Virus record (IMG/VR): IMGVR_UViG_3300012973_001074
Span: 1 to 64,000 of that record
DNA length: 64,000 nt
Strand: one strand, 5' to 3'
DNA from: a virus
Lineage: Duplodnaviria; Caudoviricetes
The notes under the pieces were generated by a model, which was not told the DNA's origin, searched no databases, and saw only the letters and a list, made by a program, of their open reading frames with translations. The stretch's first letter is position 1. Each line of letters begins with the position of its first letter. This document shows positions 28,585 through 38,548 of the stretch, one piece after another. A program made the translations under genes and the position numbers.

Positions 28585-28949
28585 CGCGGCGGCCTCCCCG
28601 GCTGGCGCTGTCCGGTGTCACGAAAGTCGCGGCGCTCGAGCGTGTCGATGATCGTCGTGGCCTTGTTGATCGCGGCGATGAGCTCGCGCTTCAGCTCGCG
28701 CGTCTCCTGGACGCCGGTGACGCTGTTGATGGCCTGCAAGAGCGGCTGCTGGAGCTTCGTGAGCGTCTCGTGAGAGACCTTGGCGTCCTCGATGCGCGCG
28801 CGTTCCGACGCGCTCACCCGCTCGTAGAGATCCTTGCGCTCCTGGTCCCAGGCCTTCTTCTCGCGGACGTAGAAGATGGCCACCGCGGTAAGCAGAACCA
28901 TCGGCAAGCCGTACTGAGCGACGAGCGCGATGGCTGCTTCCAAGGTCAT
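28581..28949 (-). CDS. One-TM plus coiled-coil protein (holin or i-spanin-like)
   Basis: QYGLPMVLLTAVAIFYV followed by a coiled coil. Confidence 0.6.
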   Translation of the reverse strand: MTLEAAIALVAQYGLPMVLLTAVAIFYVREKKAWDQERKDLYERVSASERARIEDAKVSHETLTKLQQPLLQAINSVTGVQETRELKRELIAAINKATTIIDTLERRDFRDTGQRQPGRPPR

Positions 28950-29383
28950 GTCCCGCCCAGAATGGCCGGTGGAGGCGGGTCGTCGTCGCCTTCGTCGCCC
29001 TTCCGTACCGAGGGAGCTGGCGGCTCGATGGTGACGGGCATATTGGGCGCTGGCCTCGTGCCCGGGATGGTCAGCATCGGGATCGGGATCTCCTGGCCAC
29101 CTCGGATCGAGCCGACGACGATGTCGTGGCCGAAGATCGCGATGAGGGCGGTGAGGATTCCGTCGAAGAGGGCAACCTGCCAGTCGACGCCGGCAGCGAC
29201 CATGTCGAGCCCTGCAGCGACGAGTCCCAGCCCGAAGGCGAGGGGGGCGCGCCAGCGCGGCGGAACGTCGATCGGAATGACCGTGTCGCTCTTCAGGAGG
29301 CGCACGACGATCCAGATCGCGAACGCAGCCAATGGGATCCACTTTCGCTCGGCGACGAGCCGCGCAATGTCGTTCGACGTCAT
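28946..29383 (-). CDS. Multi-TM membrane protein (holin-like)
   Basis: Three hydrophobic segments; GGAG RBS. Confidence 0.6.
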   Translation of the reverse strand: MTSNDIARLVAERKWIPLAAFAIWIVVRLLKSDTVIPIDVPPRWRAPLAFGLGLVAAGLDMVAAGVDWQVALFDGILTALIAIFGHDIVVGSIRGGQEIPIPMLTIPGTRPAPNMPVTIEPPAPSVRKGDEGDDDPPPPAILGGT

Positions 29384-29399
29384 GGTTGCTTCTCCGCGT

Positions 29400-32126
29400 T
29401 TACGCAGACGAAAGGCGCCAAAGATGCTGCGCCTCGTCATCCGAGAGCGCCGACGGCCACATCGCGATCGTGCGAACCGTTCCCTGCACGCCGGCGCCGA
29501 TCTCGATGTATCCGCCACCGCCCGTGGGGCCGCACGCGTCGCCGCTCACGAATGGCGCATCGTTGACTTTGAGCTGCAACGTCCCGCCACGCTTGCGGGC
29601 CTGCAGCGTGAACGTGCCCGCGCCGTTCTCGTCGACGTAGCTCGTGATCTCGACGACGACTTTGCGATAGGCGTTGTCGAAGTCGAAGTGCGTCGCCCAA
29701 TACTTGTAGGCTCCCGGCGTTCCCGTCCGGTGAAGCTTCAAGATGAACCACGCAGACTGATCCCGCACGATGACGCCCGTTGTCTGCGCCTCGTTCGCGT
29801 CGAGGATGCTCGCTGTCGTAACGCGCGCGAGGACATGCCGCGACGTCGTGCTCGTGATCGTGAGAAGCAGCGACGTGCTGCGCAACTGCCATTCGGAGAC
29901 GCCGCCGCCCGCAGGGGTCCAGCGCGGGAACCCACCGTTGCTCGCTGGCTTGATCGCTCCTGTTACCGTCGCAGTCGTTCCGATCGTCGCGGTCCACGTG
30001 CCCGCCGCTGCATCGTAGGTCGGCGCGTCGTAGAGGAGCGTCGGCTTGGATGCAGCGAGCGACGAGGGAGGCAAGCCGAAGCCGCGCGCGCGCTTCCACT
30101 TGTTCCACTTCGTGATGAAGGTGTTAGACGCCTGCGCCTTGAGGACCGCGAACGCGTAGATCGTTCCCGCGAACGTCTGGCTGCCCCATGACTGAGCGGG
30201 ATACCTGAGGCCGAGCTCGATGCGATACTTGCCGTAGGGGTCATCTTGATGCCCGCCAATGGTCGGAAGCGAGGCGTAGCCGTCGCCGGAAAGCGCGCCG
30301 TCCACGGAGATGTCGAGCGTCGTGGTCCCGTATCCCCATCGGCCAACGACGGCGCGCGTCGCTCCGAGCGGCGCGGCAGCCGCCACGAGCTTGTAGCCGT
30401 AATGGTACGTGTGCAGAAACGCTTTCCCAACACCGTCCTGCGTTCCGAAGCCGATCCCGATCGTGCCTTGAAACATCAGGCCCACGGCCATTCCGGGGAT
30501 GTTGTAGGGCGACGCAGGAAGGATCGGCTCCTGGTTCGTTGACGACGCAACGATCGCGATGCTGCCGAAGTTCTGCCCAGAGGCGGCGGCAAACCCGAGA
30601 TAGTCGCGCCATCGAGGCGGCGCTTCCGTGTGCCATCCGCCGTGCACGAGCCCCGACGTCTTGCCCGCACTACCGAGCCCTTCGAAGACGGGCGCGCCGT
30701 TGCTTGCGCGTTCCTTTTCCGGGGCGGCAGGCGACGTGATTCCTTGAATGAGCTTTTGGTTTGCCAGTGAGAGCTCGACACCGCGACTGAAGCGCGGAAC
30801 CCATTGGCCATTGACAGGGTTGTAGGGCGCGACGCTCGAATCGAACAGCAACGTGACGTCGGGATCGACGCTCGGATCCCACGCCTCGATCGCGAACGTG
30901 CGCGTGCTCGCGTCCGCCAACGTCAGCACGAGCTCGTAGACGCCGGCAGCCTTGGCAGGCATCGCGAAGCGAAACTCGCGCGCCGTGCTCACGAGCGGCG
31001 CGATGGGCGCGCCGTCGAGCGTCGCCGTCGCGCCGCCGAGACCGTAGCCGCGCACGCTGACGATGTCGCCGCCCGCCGTGTCGCAGAGGTCGACGTCGAT
31101 GTGGAGCGCCGATGGCGACGAGCCGTGCCGAAGCGCAGCCCACTTCGCCCACCGCGAGGCGAACGCGTCTCCCTTCGTGCCCTTGTACGCTGCGATCGCG
31201 CGTGTGTGTCCACGCCAGCCTCGCCCGCCTGCGTAGTCCGCACCGACGAGCAGCTTGCCGCCAGGATAGATCGGGTGAGACGTCAGCGCGCGCGAAGCCT
31301 TGGTGAACGACGATCCGTCCACCGAAAGACTCATCGACGTCGCCTCTTGATAGGTACCCGCGATCGCGTGCGTCGTGTTGAGCGCCGAGAACGCGCGCTT
31401 GACCGAGCGGTATGCAGCCGGCGCGCCCGCGACGTCATACATGAACCATCCGAAGTGACGCCCCCCGGCGCTCGCATAGTTGGCGTTGTAGAAGCCGAAG
31501 GGGCCAGACGTAGCCTTCGCGACGATCGACCAATGGTTGTATGGCGTCGTCTCGTAGAGGTCGTACGGGCTCTCGTTTGTGGGGTGCGCGACGACGGCGA
31601 GCGTGCCTCCAGCTTGCGAGACGAGATCGTTGCCGTCCGCCGCGCTAACGAGGGTGGCGCTCCCGTCGAAGCACGGCGCACCATTGAGCCCCGGAGGCTG
31701 ACCGCCGGCCGTCGTCGAGAAGTTGCCGCCAACGCGCGACGTCCACGGCCCGCCCGCGACATAGTTCGGCGCCTCGGCGAAGAGCGTGCAGCCGGGCTCG
31801 TCCGCGGGGCTCCACGCTTCGATCGTGAGCTTGTTGCTCTTTCCAGCGGACGTGGTTACGCGCACCTCGAACAGGCCCGGGGCGGCGAGCTCCGGCACCA
31901 CGAACGTGACCGAGGTAGCCGTGTTCGCCGTAACGACGACGTCACGCCAGAGGCCATTCGCTCCGAGTTGGCAGGTCGCGCTACCGAGGTCCGTGCCGGT
32001 GAGCGTGATCCGGTCGCCGCCCGCCGTGTCGGCAAGATCGTAGTCGAGCGACGTCAGTACCGGCGGCTTCGCAGGTCGTGAGGTCATGCTCGTGGCGACG
32101 AGCACGCCGCAGATGGATCCCATCAT
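29400..32126 (-). CDS. Tail-associated receptor-binding protein with repeated IPT/TIG-like and LamG-like modules
   Basis: Internal duplication (DTAGGD..., IEAW.P..., F..RW.KW); position after the baseplate genes. Confidence 0.7.
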   Translation of the reverse strand: MMGSICGVLVATSMTSRPAKPPVLTSLDYDLADTAGGDRITLTGTDLGSATCQLGANGLWRDVVVTANTATSVTFVVPELAAPGLFEVRVTTSAGKSNKLTIEAWSPADEPGCTLFAEAPNYVAGGPWTSRVGGNFSTTAGGQPPGLNGAPCFDGSATLVSAADGNDLVSQAGGTLAVVAHPTNESPYDLYETTPYNHWSIVAKATSGPFGFYNANYASAGGRHFGWFMYDVAGAPAAYRSVKRAFSALNTTHAIAGTYQEATSMSLSVDGSSFTKASRALTSHPIYPGGKLLVGADYAGGRGWRGHTRAIAAYKGTKGDAFASRWAKWAALRHGSSPSALHIDVDLCDTAGGDIVSVRGYGLGGATATLDGAPIAPLVSTAREFRFAMPAKAAGVYELVLTLADASTRTFAIEAWDPSVDPDVTLLFDSSVAPYNPVNGQWVPRFSRGVELSLANQKLIQGITSPAAPEKERASNGAPVFEGLGSAGKTSGLVHGGWHTEAPPRWRDYLGFAAASGQNFGSIAIVASSTNQEPILPASPYNIPGMAVGLMFQGTIGIGFGTQDGVGKAFLHTYHYGYKLVAAAAPLGATRAVVGRWGYGTTTLDISVDGALSGDGYASLPTIGGHQDDPYGKYRIELGLRYPAQSWGSQTFAGTIYAFAVLKAQASNTFITKWNKWKRARGFGLPPSSLAASKPTLLYDAPTYDAAAGTWTATIGTTATVTGAIKPASNGGFPRWTPAGGGVSEWQLRSTSLLLTITSTTSRHVLARVTTASILDANEAQTTGVIVRDQSAWFILKLHRTGTPGAYKYWATHFDFDNAYRKVVVEITSYVDENGAGTFTLQARKRGGTLQLKVNDAPFVSGDACGPTGGGGYIEIGAGVQGTVRTIAMWPSALSDDEAQHLWRLSSA

Positions 32127-33487
32127 GGCGACGAGAGTTGCTCCTGGACGCGGACGGCGATGGTCCAGTTGCGTGGGTCGGCGTCGCCGGCGGCGAGCCG
32201 AATCTGAATCGCGTCGCCAGTGACGACGAAGGTCGCTCCGTCGGCTGCGACAGTCTCCTGCTCAGGGGTTTGATAGGCCGGGGGGACGTCGGCGAGCGGA
32301 TTCGCAGCCGCGCCCGTCTTTCGATATGTGGCGCTGCCTTTGTACGTGGACGCCTTGGTGACCGCGCCCTGGCGGGCCATCGTGACGACGAAGTCGACGG
32401 CTACTGCGGTCTCCGCCACCGCTGTCCAAACGGTTTGATCGACCGGGCCAGCGCTGGAGGTCTGCGTCTCGATCACGAACTCGCGGATGCGGACGCGCGT
32501 GCCCGTGTAGCCCGCGCGGACCTGCACGATCTCGCCGCTCGGCTTGCGGTACTTGAGCGTGTAGTCATCCGCGTCGTCGACCCACGGGATGATCCCGCTA
32601 GTGGGGTTCGACGTCGGCGGCGTCGATGCCCTGCGCCAGTACATGACGCCGACACCGCCGCCGAAGGTCGAGGCAGCCGCGGCGCCGCTGAGCAGCGCGA
32701 CGTTGCCCTGTCCGGTCCCGACGAGGAAGTCGATGCCTCCGGCCTGCAGACGCGTCTTGCCGGCGCTGGTCGTGCCGCTTCCGCTCGTCAGGATGAGGTC
32801 GCCGCCGGTGCTGTTCGGCCCCGGCGCGTCCTGGGCCTGCACCGTGAACCACGCACCCGTGACCCCTGCAGCCGGGTTGCTCTCCTGCCTGAAGAGCACG
32901 CTCGTCGCGCTGGGCACGACGCTGTAGAGCGACTGGCCCGTTCTGCGAGCTCGGAGCTGGACGCCAACGCCTCCTGCGCCGAAGTACACCGCACCTTCGG
33001 ACCCCTCGGAGCCGCCGCTCCCGGCGTAGAGGTACAGCGACCCGCCGCTGAATCCTGCGCCGGTGCTCTGCGCTTGAATCGTCAGGTGTGAGCCGCTGCG
33101 GCCGGAGGCGCCGGCCTGGCGGATCACCGGGCTGCCGGTAACCGGGAAGGTGAGCGACGTGCCCGGGATGGCCACAGCCCCCTGGTTTGCCGCGAGGACG
33201 GGCGCCCAGGTGTTGTTTGTGTGCGTGCGGAAGTATAGGAGGCCCGTGGTCGTGTCGATCGCAAGCGAGCCCGGAGCCGGCGGCGTTGTGAAGTCGGCGT
33301 CCGTGGGTGGGGCTGCAACGTGCTTTGCGTGCAGGCCGCTCGGAGGTGCTTCATCAACGCTGCGGGTTGCCGCGATGTGCTCCGGCGCGCCCGGTCCGGG
33401 GAACGCCTCTCCGGTCCAGTCGGGCTGCTCGCTCGACCACGAGACCATCTCGCCCGTCGTCGACGAGCGCGCTTGCATCAAGAACAT
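32123..33487 (-). CDS. Tail fibre-like protein
   Basis: Gly-rich GGxLxLxxGxG repeats; location. Confidence 0.65.
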   Translation of the reverse strand: MFLMQARSSTTGEMVSWSSEQPDWTGEAFPGPGAPEHIAATRSVDEAPPSGLHAKHVAAPPTDADFTTPPAPGSLAIDTTTGLLYFRTHTNNTWAPVLAANQGAVAIPGTSLTFPVTGSPVIRQAGASGRSGSHLTIQAQSTGAGFSGGSLYLYAGSGGSEGSEGAVYFGAGGVGVQLRARRTGQSLYSVVPSATSVLFRQESNPAAGVTGAWFTVQAQDAPGPNSTGGDLILTSGSGTTSAGKTRLQAGGIDFLVGTGQGNVALLSGAAAASTFGGGVGVMYWRRASTPPTSNPTSGIIPWVDDADDYTLKYRKPSGEIVQVRAGYTGTRVRIREFVIETQTSSAGPVDQTVWTAVAETAVAVDFVVTMARQGAVTKASTYKGSATYRKTGAAANPLADVPPAYQTPEQETVAADGATFVVTGDAIQIRLAAGDADPRNWTIAVRVQEQLSSP

Positions 33488-33494
33488 GCAGACC

Positions 33495-33875
33495 TCACGA
33501 CTGGAGCTGGACAGCCTTCAGGGAGGCGAAGCCGCTCGGGCCGATGACCTCGGCCTGGAACTGGTAGAGGTGGCCACCGCGCAGGTCGAAGACGCCGGAG
33601 AGCGCGCGCGTGTCGACCATCGCGCTCAGTGTCGCCACCGAGCCTTCGACTGGGGCACACAGGGTGAGGTCGAACACGCGGACGTGGAGCTCGACGCCCG
33701 GCTCCGTGACCGAGCCGATGATCTCGACTGCCCCGCGTTCGGTCGCGGGAACATAGAAGGCGCCGACCACGTACCAGGCCGGACCCTGCGGGACTGTGTT
33801 GATCGACTGGATCGGCGCTGCGTAGCCGCTGACGATCTCAACGGTCTTGTCGTTCGTGAGCGCGATCGTTCTCAT
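33495..33875 (-). CDS. tail-associated hypothetical protein
   Basis: ATGA overlap with the baseplate gene. Confidence 0.6.
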   Translation of the reverse strand: MRTIALTNDKTVEIVSGYAAPIQSINTVPQGPAWYVVGAFYVPATERGAVEIIGSVTEPGVELHVRVFDLTLCAPVEGSVATLSAMVDTRALSGVFDLRGGHLYQFQAEVIGPSGFASLKAVQLQS

Positions 33876-34495
33876 TGTGGCTGGCCTCGCATCGTGACGA
33901 CGTCGCTCACGAGTCCGCCGTCGCTCGTGGCGGTGACGTCGCCGACGCCGTTCCTGGCGGGGGCGGAAAGGTCCTTGCGGGCGTCGCCCCATCGAAACTG
34001 CCGGTCGGACCTCGTCGTCGGAGCGAGCATCCGCAGCCCCATGCCGCCGGCCTTGGTATCGCGGAGCATCCCGAGCAGGAGCACGGGATCGTGTTCGGTC
34101 GGCTCCTGGAACTCGATGAGCATCACCGCGGGGCTGCGCTCGTCGAAGTGGGTCGGCGTTCCGCCGGCGATGATGGCGAGGACCGCGAGGACGTCTTGCG
34201 CGCCGCCTTTCGATCGATTGATGCGGATGCGTGCGGCGATGAAGAGGCGGTAGACGTCGTCGCCGCGGCTTCGGCGAGGCTCGCCGACGATGCGCCCGAT
34301 GACATCGAGCAGCACACCCTCGGCGTTGTCGAGCAGGCGCTTGACCCGAACGTCGAACGCGGCGTCCTCGAGCACCTGCACCTGGCGGAGGTAGCTCCGA
34401 ACCCACGCCTCGATGCGCGGCTTTCGCTTGTACTGGTCGAGCAAGAGCGCGAGGCCTTGCTCGACGTGGTCGGTGACGCGAGTGAGGTCGCTCAC
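33872..34495 (-). CDS. Baseplate wedge protein (DUF2612-like)
   Basis: LLLDQYK...AEGVLLDVIGRIVG..R...DDVYRLFI.ARI.IN. Confidence 0.8.
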   Translation of the reverse strand: MSDLTRVTDHVEQGLALLLDQYKRKPRIEAWVRSYLRQVQVLEDAAFDVRVKRLLDNAEGVLLDVIGRIVGEPRRSRGDDVYRLFIAARIRINRSKGGAQDVLAVLAIIAGGTPTHFDERSPAVMLIEFQEPTEHDPVLLLGMLRDTKAGGMGLRMLAPTTRSDRQFRWGDARKDLSAPARNGVGDVTATSDGGLVSDVVTMRGQPQ

Positions 34496-35694
34496 GAGTT
34501 CACCTTGATTCGGTCGGTCGAGAAGCGCGCGATCTGCCGGAGGCTGATCGGGAAGTTCTCGGTTGCGACCGGATTTGCGGCGAGACCGATTCGCACGGCC
34601 CGCACGTCCTTCACACCCTGGAGCGCGAGCGGGAACGAGCGAAGGAACTGGACGATGACGTCCTCGCCGGGCCCGAACTTCGCATTCGCCTGACTGGCGA
34701 CGTGCTTCGCGACCTCGGCGTCGCCGACGTACCCGGCCTTCGGGGTGACGTCGATCTCTAGCCAGAGACGCAGGACTTCGGCGCGCGTGAATCGGACCTC
34801 GAAGTCCGTCACGGTGCCATCGGGAAGCGTGCCCTTCGCGATGCCGTGCTCGTTACCGTAGGTGCCCGCGCCGCCGGCCTTCGAGTCGAAGATGACTTGT
34901 GCCAGCGCGTCGTCATCGATGGACGGGGTTTCGCCGTCAAAGATGAGGACCTCGAGCGTGTGCGGTGGCAGGCCGTTCTCGTCGGTCTCGTCCTTGTCGT
35001 TCTCGAAGACGTTGAGGCTGAGGAGCTCTTCGGGAAACGCCTGCGCGACGTTCGCAGCGATGGACGGCACGGTGGCCGAGCCCGACGTCGCAAGTTCGCG
35101 CTCGCGGCGCAGGCGCAGCTCGGTGTCCGTGTCGATCTCCTTTCCGAGCTCGGCATCCTCCGGGTTGACCGTCGTGTGCCAGCCGACCACCGGGGTCGCG
35201 ATGACGTTGATCGTCCCGGCGAAGCCCTCGATCGGGCCGTACTGCTCGGAAACGAAGGTGATCACATGCGCGCCGTCAGACGGTGCTGTGAAGTCGGCCT
35301 TCGGAGTCCAGCGGACGTCGGGCCGGTCCTCGATAGCCGCGTAGTGTTCGTCAGCGAGCAGCACGGTCCCGGCGTCGAGCGTGACGGACTGCTTCACCTC
35401 GCTTCGCGTGCTGCCGCGTCTGCGCGTGCCAGTGATCTTGCTGACGTTCTCGAGCGAGCGCCCTTCGGCGGCGTCGGGATCGTAGGCGTTGTAGCACCCC
35501 TCGACGGCCTCCCACGCGATGCCAAGCTGGCGGCCGACGATGCCATTGATCTGGCCGGCGAGCTGGTCAGGGGCGGTATCGAAGTCGTCCCCGATGTCTG
35601 CCTTCTGGTCGGCCTCGAAGGCAGCAACGAGGTCTGCCTCGGTCATGCGGACGAAGCCTTGCGCGGTGACACCGAAAGCGCGCGGTGTGGCCAT
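34492..35694 (-). CDS. Baseplate J/gp47-like protein
   Basis: DPDAAEGRSL...VNPEDAELG.EIDTDTELRLRR...GLPPHTLEV...SKAGG..TYG. Confidence 0.88.
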   Translation of the reverse strand: MATPRAFGVTAQGFVRMTEADLVAAFEADQKADIGDDFDTAPDQLAGQINGIVGRQLGIAWEAVEGCYNAYDPDAAEGRSLENVSKITGTRRRGSTRSEVKQSVTLDAGTVLLADEHYAAIEDRPDVRWTPKADFTAPSDGAHVITFVSEQYGPIEGFAGTINVIATPVVGWHTTVNPEDAELGKEIDTDTELRLRRERELATSGSATVPSIAANVAQAFPEELLSLNVFENDKDETDENGLPPHTLEVLIFDGETPSIDDDALAQVIFDSKAGGAGTYGNEHGIAKGTLPDGTVTDFEVRFTRAEVLRLWLEIDVTPKAGYVGDAEVAKHVASQANAKFGPGEDVIVQFLRSFPLALQGVKDVRAVRIGLAANPVATENFPISLRQIARFSTDRIKVNS

Positions 35695-36098
35695 CAGGCA
35701 GCCCTCATGTACGGGATGACGAACGCGGGGTCCGGCTGGTGGACGATGAGCACGCCGCCTTCGACCAGGCGCGCCTCGAATTCGACCGCGAGGGTGCGCG
35801 CGCGCGCGTCGTTTGCGAGCACGAGGCGGGTGATCGAGGCGACCTCCTGCACGGAGAGGATGGTCCTTCGCAGGAGGGTCCGTGCGACGTCGAGGTCCGC
35901 GTTCTTGACGAGGATGTTGCGGTAGTAGGGCACGCCGAGGCGCAAGTCGCGGAACCACTCGCCGAGGAAGAACTTCAGGCGCGAGGCGATCTTCTGCCGG
36001 ACGTAGGCGACGCCGACCGAAGTCACGAGTCGTCGCGGCTCTCCTCGGCCTCCGGAGAGCGCGAGGTCTCCGGCGGGGATGACGCGGTAGAGGGGCAT
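35694..36098 (-). CDS. Baseplate wedge/sheath initiator (gp46/W-like)
   Basis: RLKFFLGEWFRDLRLGVPY. Confidence 0.8.
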   Translation of the reverse strand: MPLYRVIPAGDLALSGGRGEPRRLVTSVGVAYVRQKIASRLKFFLGEWFRDLRLGVPYYRNILVKNADLDVARTLLRRTILSVQEVASITRLVLANDARARTLAVEFEARLVEGGVLIVHQPDPAFVIPYMRAA

Positions 36099-36108
36099 CG
36101 TCGCCTCG

Positions 36109-36603
36109 CTACGTGAGGGGGAGGATCGTGTTCGGGGGCGGGGCGACAGTCGCCTTGATGCCGCTCGGCGCTGCTGTCGCCGCGTGGAGCGCTGCGGCCA
36201 TGCCGGCGGCGCACGTCTCAGTGCTGTTCGCGAGGTTCCCGAAGACGGTCGCGAGAGGGCCCGAGAGGGAGCTCGCGCTCGTGACGTCGGTGATCGATCC
36301 GCTCTGCGTGACGCCGACGACCGCGACGCCGGTCCAATAGGCTGCGACGCCGCTCGCCCAGGCGGCGGCGAGCTTCCCCGGTAGGCCGAGGTGGGGGTCG
36401 GCGATCGCGGCGCCCAGCGTCGTCGCGAGCGCGTCGCGCTTCGCATCCGGGAGCGTCGGGACGCCCTCGGCCCCGACGCGGCCGGCCTTCGCGTAGTCGT
36501 GGTACGCGTTCGCCATTGCGGTAGCGGCTGCAGCCGGCGTTGACTGCGCGGTGTCGAGGACCTTCTTGAGCGCGTTCTTCAGGTCAGTCTGGGAGAGGGC
36601 CAA
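36109..36603 (-). CDS. baseplate-region hypothetical protein
   Basis: TTG start after GGAG; Ala-rich. Confidence 0.6.
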   Translation of the reverse strand: MALSQTDLKNALKKVLDTAQSTPAAAATAMANAYHDYAKAGRVGAEGVPTLPDAKRDALATTLGAAIADPHLGLPGKLAAAWASGVAAYWTGVAVVGVTQSGSITDVTSASSLSGPLATVFGNLANSTETCAAGMAAALHAATAAPSGIKATVAPPPNTILPLT

Positions 36604-36607
36604 TCGG

Positions 36608-37240
36608 CTACTCCGCCTTGAGCTTCTTCGCCTGTGTGCTGCCGCCCAGCCACTGCTCGATGGGCGAGGTCGTCGGGCCAACCCCGGAGCCGTGTCGATG
36701 CAGCTTGAAGAGCTCGATGAAGGCGTCGACGACGGGCCCGAGTGCAACGGGCACGGAAACGGTTTTCGAGCCGATGCGGTAGACGCCTCCGCCGAGGACG
36801 GCCTCAGTCGGATCCATCCCCGGTAGAGGAGGATCGAGAAGCGGCGAGGTCTGCGGCGCGATCCCAGCGATGGCGACCGCGTGTGATAGGTGGTGTCTCC
36901 GCAGGTCACCGGGTTCGCTCTCGCTGCCGGTCTCGCGCCACATCGCGGGCGAGTCGTGCGTGAACAGCAAGAGCACGTGGTCGCCGGGCCTGAGCGGCAG
37001 GTGAATGAAGAAGCCGCCCGCGCGCGGCCAGAGGACGGGCACGTCGGGCAGGACCGGAAACGACTCGTGGACGGTCTTGCCGGCGACCTTCACGGGGCGC
37101 TGGACGACGGGCTGCACCTCGCAGGTTTGCGTGACCGGATCGTAGGTCTGGACCCGGCCGACGGTCGCAACCATGACCTCATCGAGCTGGGCCTTGATCG
37201 CGTCGCGGATGACTTCGGCAAGGCTCGGCGTTCCGGGCAT
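36608..37240 (-). CDS. Baseplate central spike (Gp138-like)
   Basis: GRVQTYD...VQP...VPVLWPRAGGF..HLPL.PGD.VLLLF...RRHHLSHAV; HRH tip motif. Confidence 0.85.
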   Translation of the reverse strand: MPGTPSLAEVIRDAIKAQLDEVMVATVGRVQTYDPVTQTCEVQPVVQRPVKVAGKTVHESFPVLPDVPVLWPRAGGFFIHLPLRPGDHVLLLFTHDSPAMWRETGSESEPGDLRRHHLSHAVAIAGIAPQTSPLLDPPLPGMDPTEAVLGGGVYRIGSKTVSVPVALGPVVDAFIELFKLHRHGSGVGPTTSPIEQWLGGSTQAKKLKAE

Positions 37241-38164
37241 TCACAACCTCGACGCTTCGATTTCGACGCTCCACGAGTCGCCGGCGCTGTCGGCCTCCCA
37301 GGTGATCCTCTCGGCCCTGTAGTTGCCCTTGATGCGATCGGCATCGACGACGAGCAAGCGGCCTGGCCGGATGCCGGGTTGCATGAGCATCTTGACGGTG
37401 AGGATCCCGTCGATGTCGACGGTTGGGGACTCGAGCATCCCCGTTTCCGAGGAGACCAGGATTGCGCTTTCGGCGAGCGCCTTGCCTGCGTCGATGATTT
37501 GCAGTGTGCCGTCCTGAATCGAGAACTCGATGTCGGCCGAGCGGGCGAAGTCGCGGAGCTCGCGCTGCACGGGTCCGGAGAAGACGGTGCCGCGGGGAAA
37601 GAGCTTCCCCATGCCCCCGACCTTGAGCTTGTGGACGATCTGCTCGAGGTTTCCTTGGCCGATCCCGAGCGCGCGCACCATCGCGCGTAGAGCCGTGTCT
37701 ACGGGCGTCTTCGGCCCGAAGCTCACGTTCATGCGGGCGTTCTGCCAGGCCTTCTCCCCGTCGCCGGACTCGAGGACCGTGACCCAGTGGGGGCCGTCGC
37801 GGAGCGAGTGGGCCGAGCGGAGATCGCCGAGCCAGAGCAGCGACAGGTCGCCCTCGTCCTCGTAGCCGGCCTCGATGCGGACCGGAATGCCCTTCGTTGC
37901 CTGCTGCCGCACGGCGGTCTTTGCCTTGGCGGCGGCAAGCGCACTGACCGTGCCGACCGTCGGGTTCAGCTCCTCGATCTGTGCGCGCTGCGTCTCGTTC
38001 AGGTTCCAGACGTGGAGCTCGCACGTGTTGGGCTCGTCCTTGAGGCTCTTCTCGATCTTGAAGGCGACGTCGAGCTCCGTGATCTCGATGGTGTTGACCG
38101 TCACGCGCCAGCGCCGCACGAACGACGGCGGGCGAGCGGCGAGACCGAAGGAGCTGGGAAGCAT
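37241..38164 (-). CDS. Baseplate hub protein
   Basis: PNTCELHVWNLN...IEAGY...SIQDG...TGMLESP. Confidence 0.8.
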   Translation of the reverse strand: MLPSSFGLAARPPSFVRRWRVTVNTIEITELDVAFKIEKSLKDEPNTCELHVWNLNETQRAQIEELNPTVGTVSALAAAKAKTAVRQQATKGIPVRIEAGYEDEGDLSLLWLGDLRSAHSLRDGPHWVTVLESGDGEKAWQNARMNVSFGPKTPVDTALRAMVRALGIGQGNLEQIVHKLKVGGMGKLFPRGTVFSGPVQRELRDFARSADIEFSIQDGTLQIIDAGKALAESAILVSSETGMLESPTVDIDGILTVKMLMQPGIRPGRLLVVDADRIKGNYRAERITWEADSAGDSWSVEIEASRL

Positions 38165-38167
38165 CGC

Positions 38168-38536
38168 TTAGAGGTCGGTGACGGGGAAGTACGTGAGCTC
38201 GCAGCGCTTGCCGATCGCGAGCTCGTTCAGACGCGGAGGCGAGCGATCGCCCGACAGGTCGATCGCCATGAGCTCGCCCGGCGGCAGTCGCTTGTCCCAG
38301 CGGTGGAAGCGGAGGAGCGGCCAGTTCGCGACGATCTTGATGCCGACAGCGATCGGCTCCTCCGCCGTCGACAGGATGTCGAAGTACCAGCGGTCTTGCC
38401 GCTGGTTCCAGATGAAGCGAAGGATGAAGTCGCGCCCGTCGAGCCTCGTCCGCATGACGTAGTGCGGGTTGCCCACGACCGTCGGCAGGACCTTCGACGT
38501 CGGCAGAGCAGCGATCACGTCGTCGATCGTTGCCAT
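38168..38536 (-). CDS. Baseplate plug-like protein
   Basis: LDGRDFILRFIWNQRQDRWYFDI. Confidence 0.75.
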   Translation of the reverse strand: MATIDDVIAALPTSKVLPTVVGNPHYVMRTRLDGRDFILRFIWNQRQDRWYFDILSTAEEPIAVGIKIVANWPLLRFHRWDKRLPPGELMAIDLSGDRSPPRLNELAIGKRCELTYFPVTDL

Positions 38537-38548
38537 TCGTAGCTCCGC

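Noticed and set aside
29400-33487. Diversity-generating retroelement or invertible fibre cassette
   Set aside because: No reverse transcriptase or invertase in the window and no near-identical template/variable repeat pair seen.
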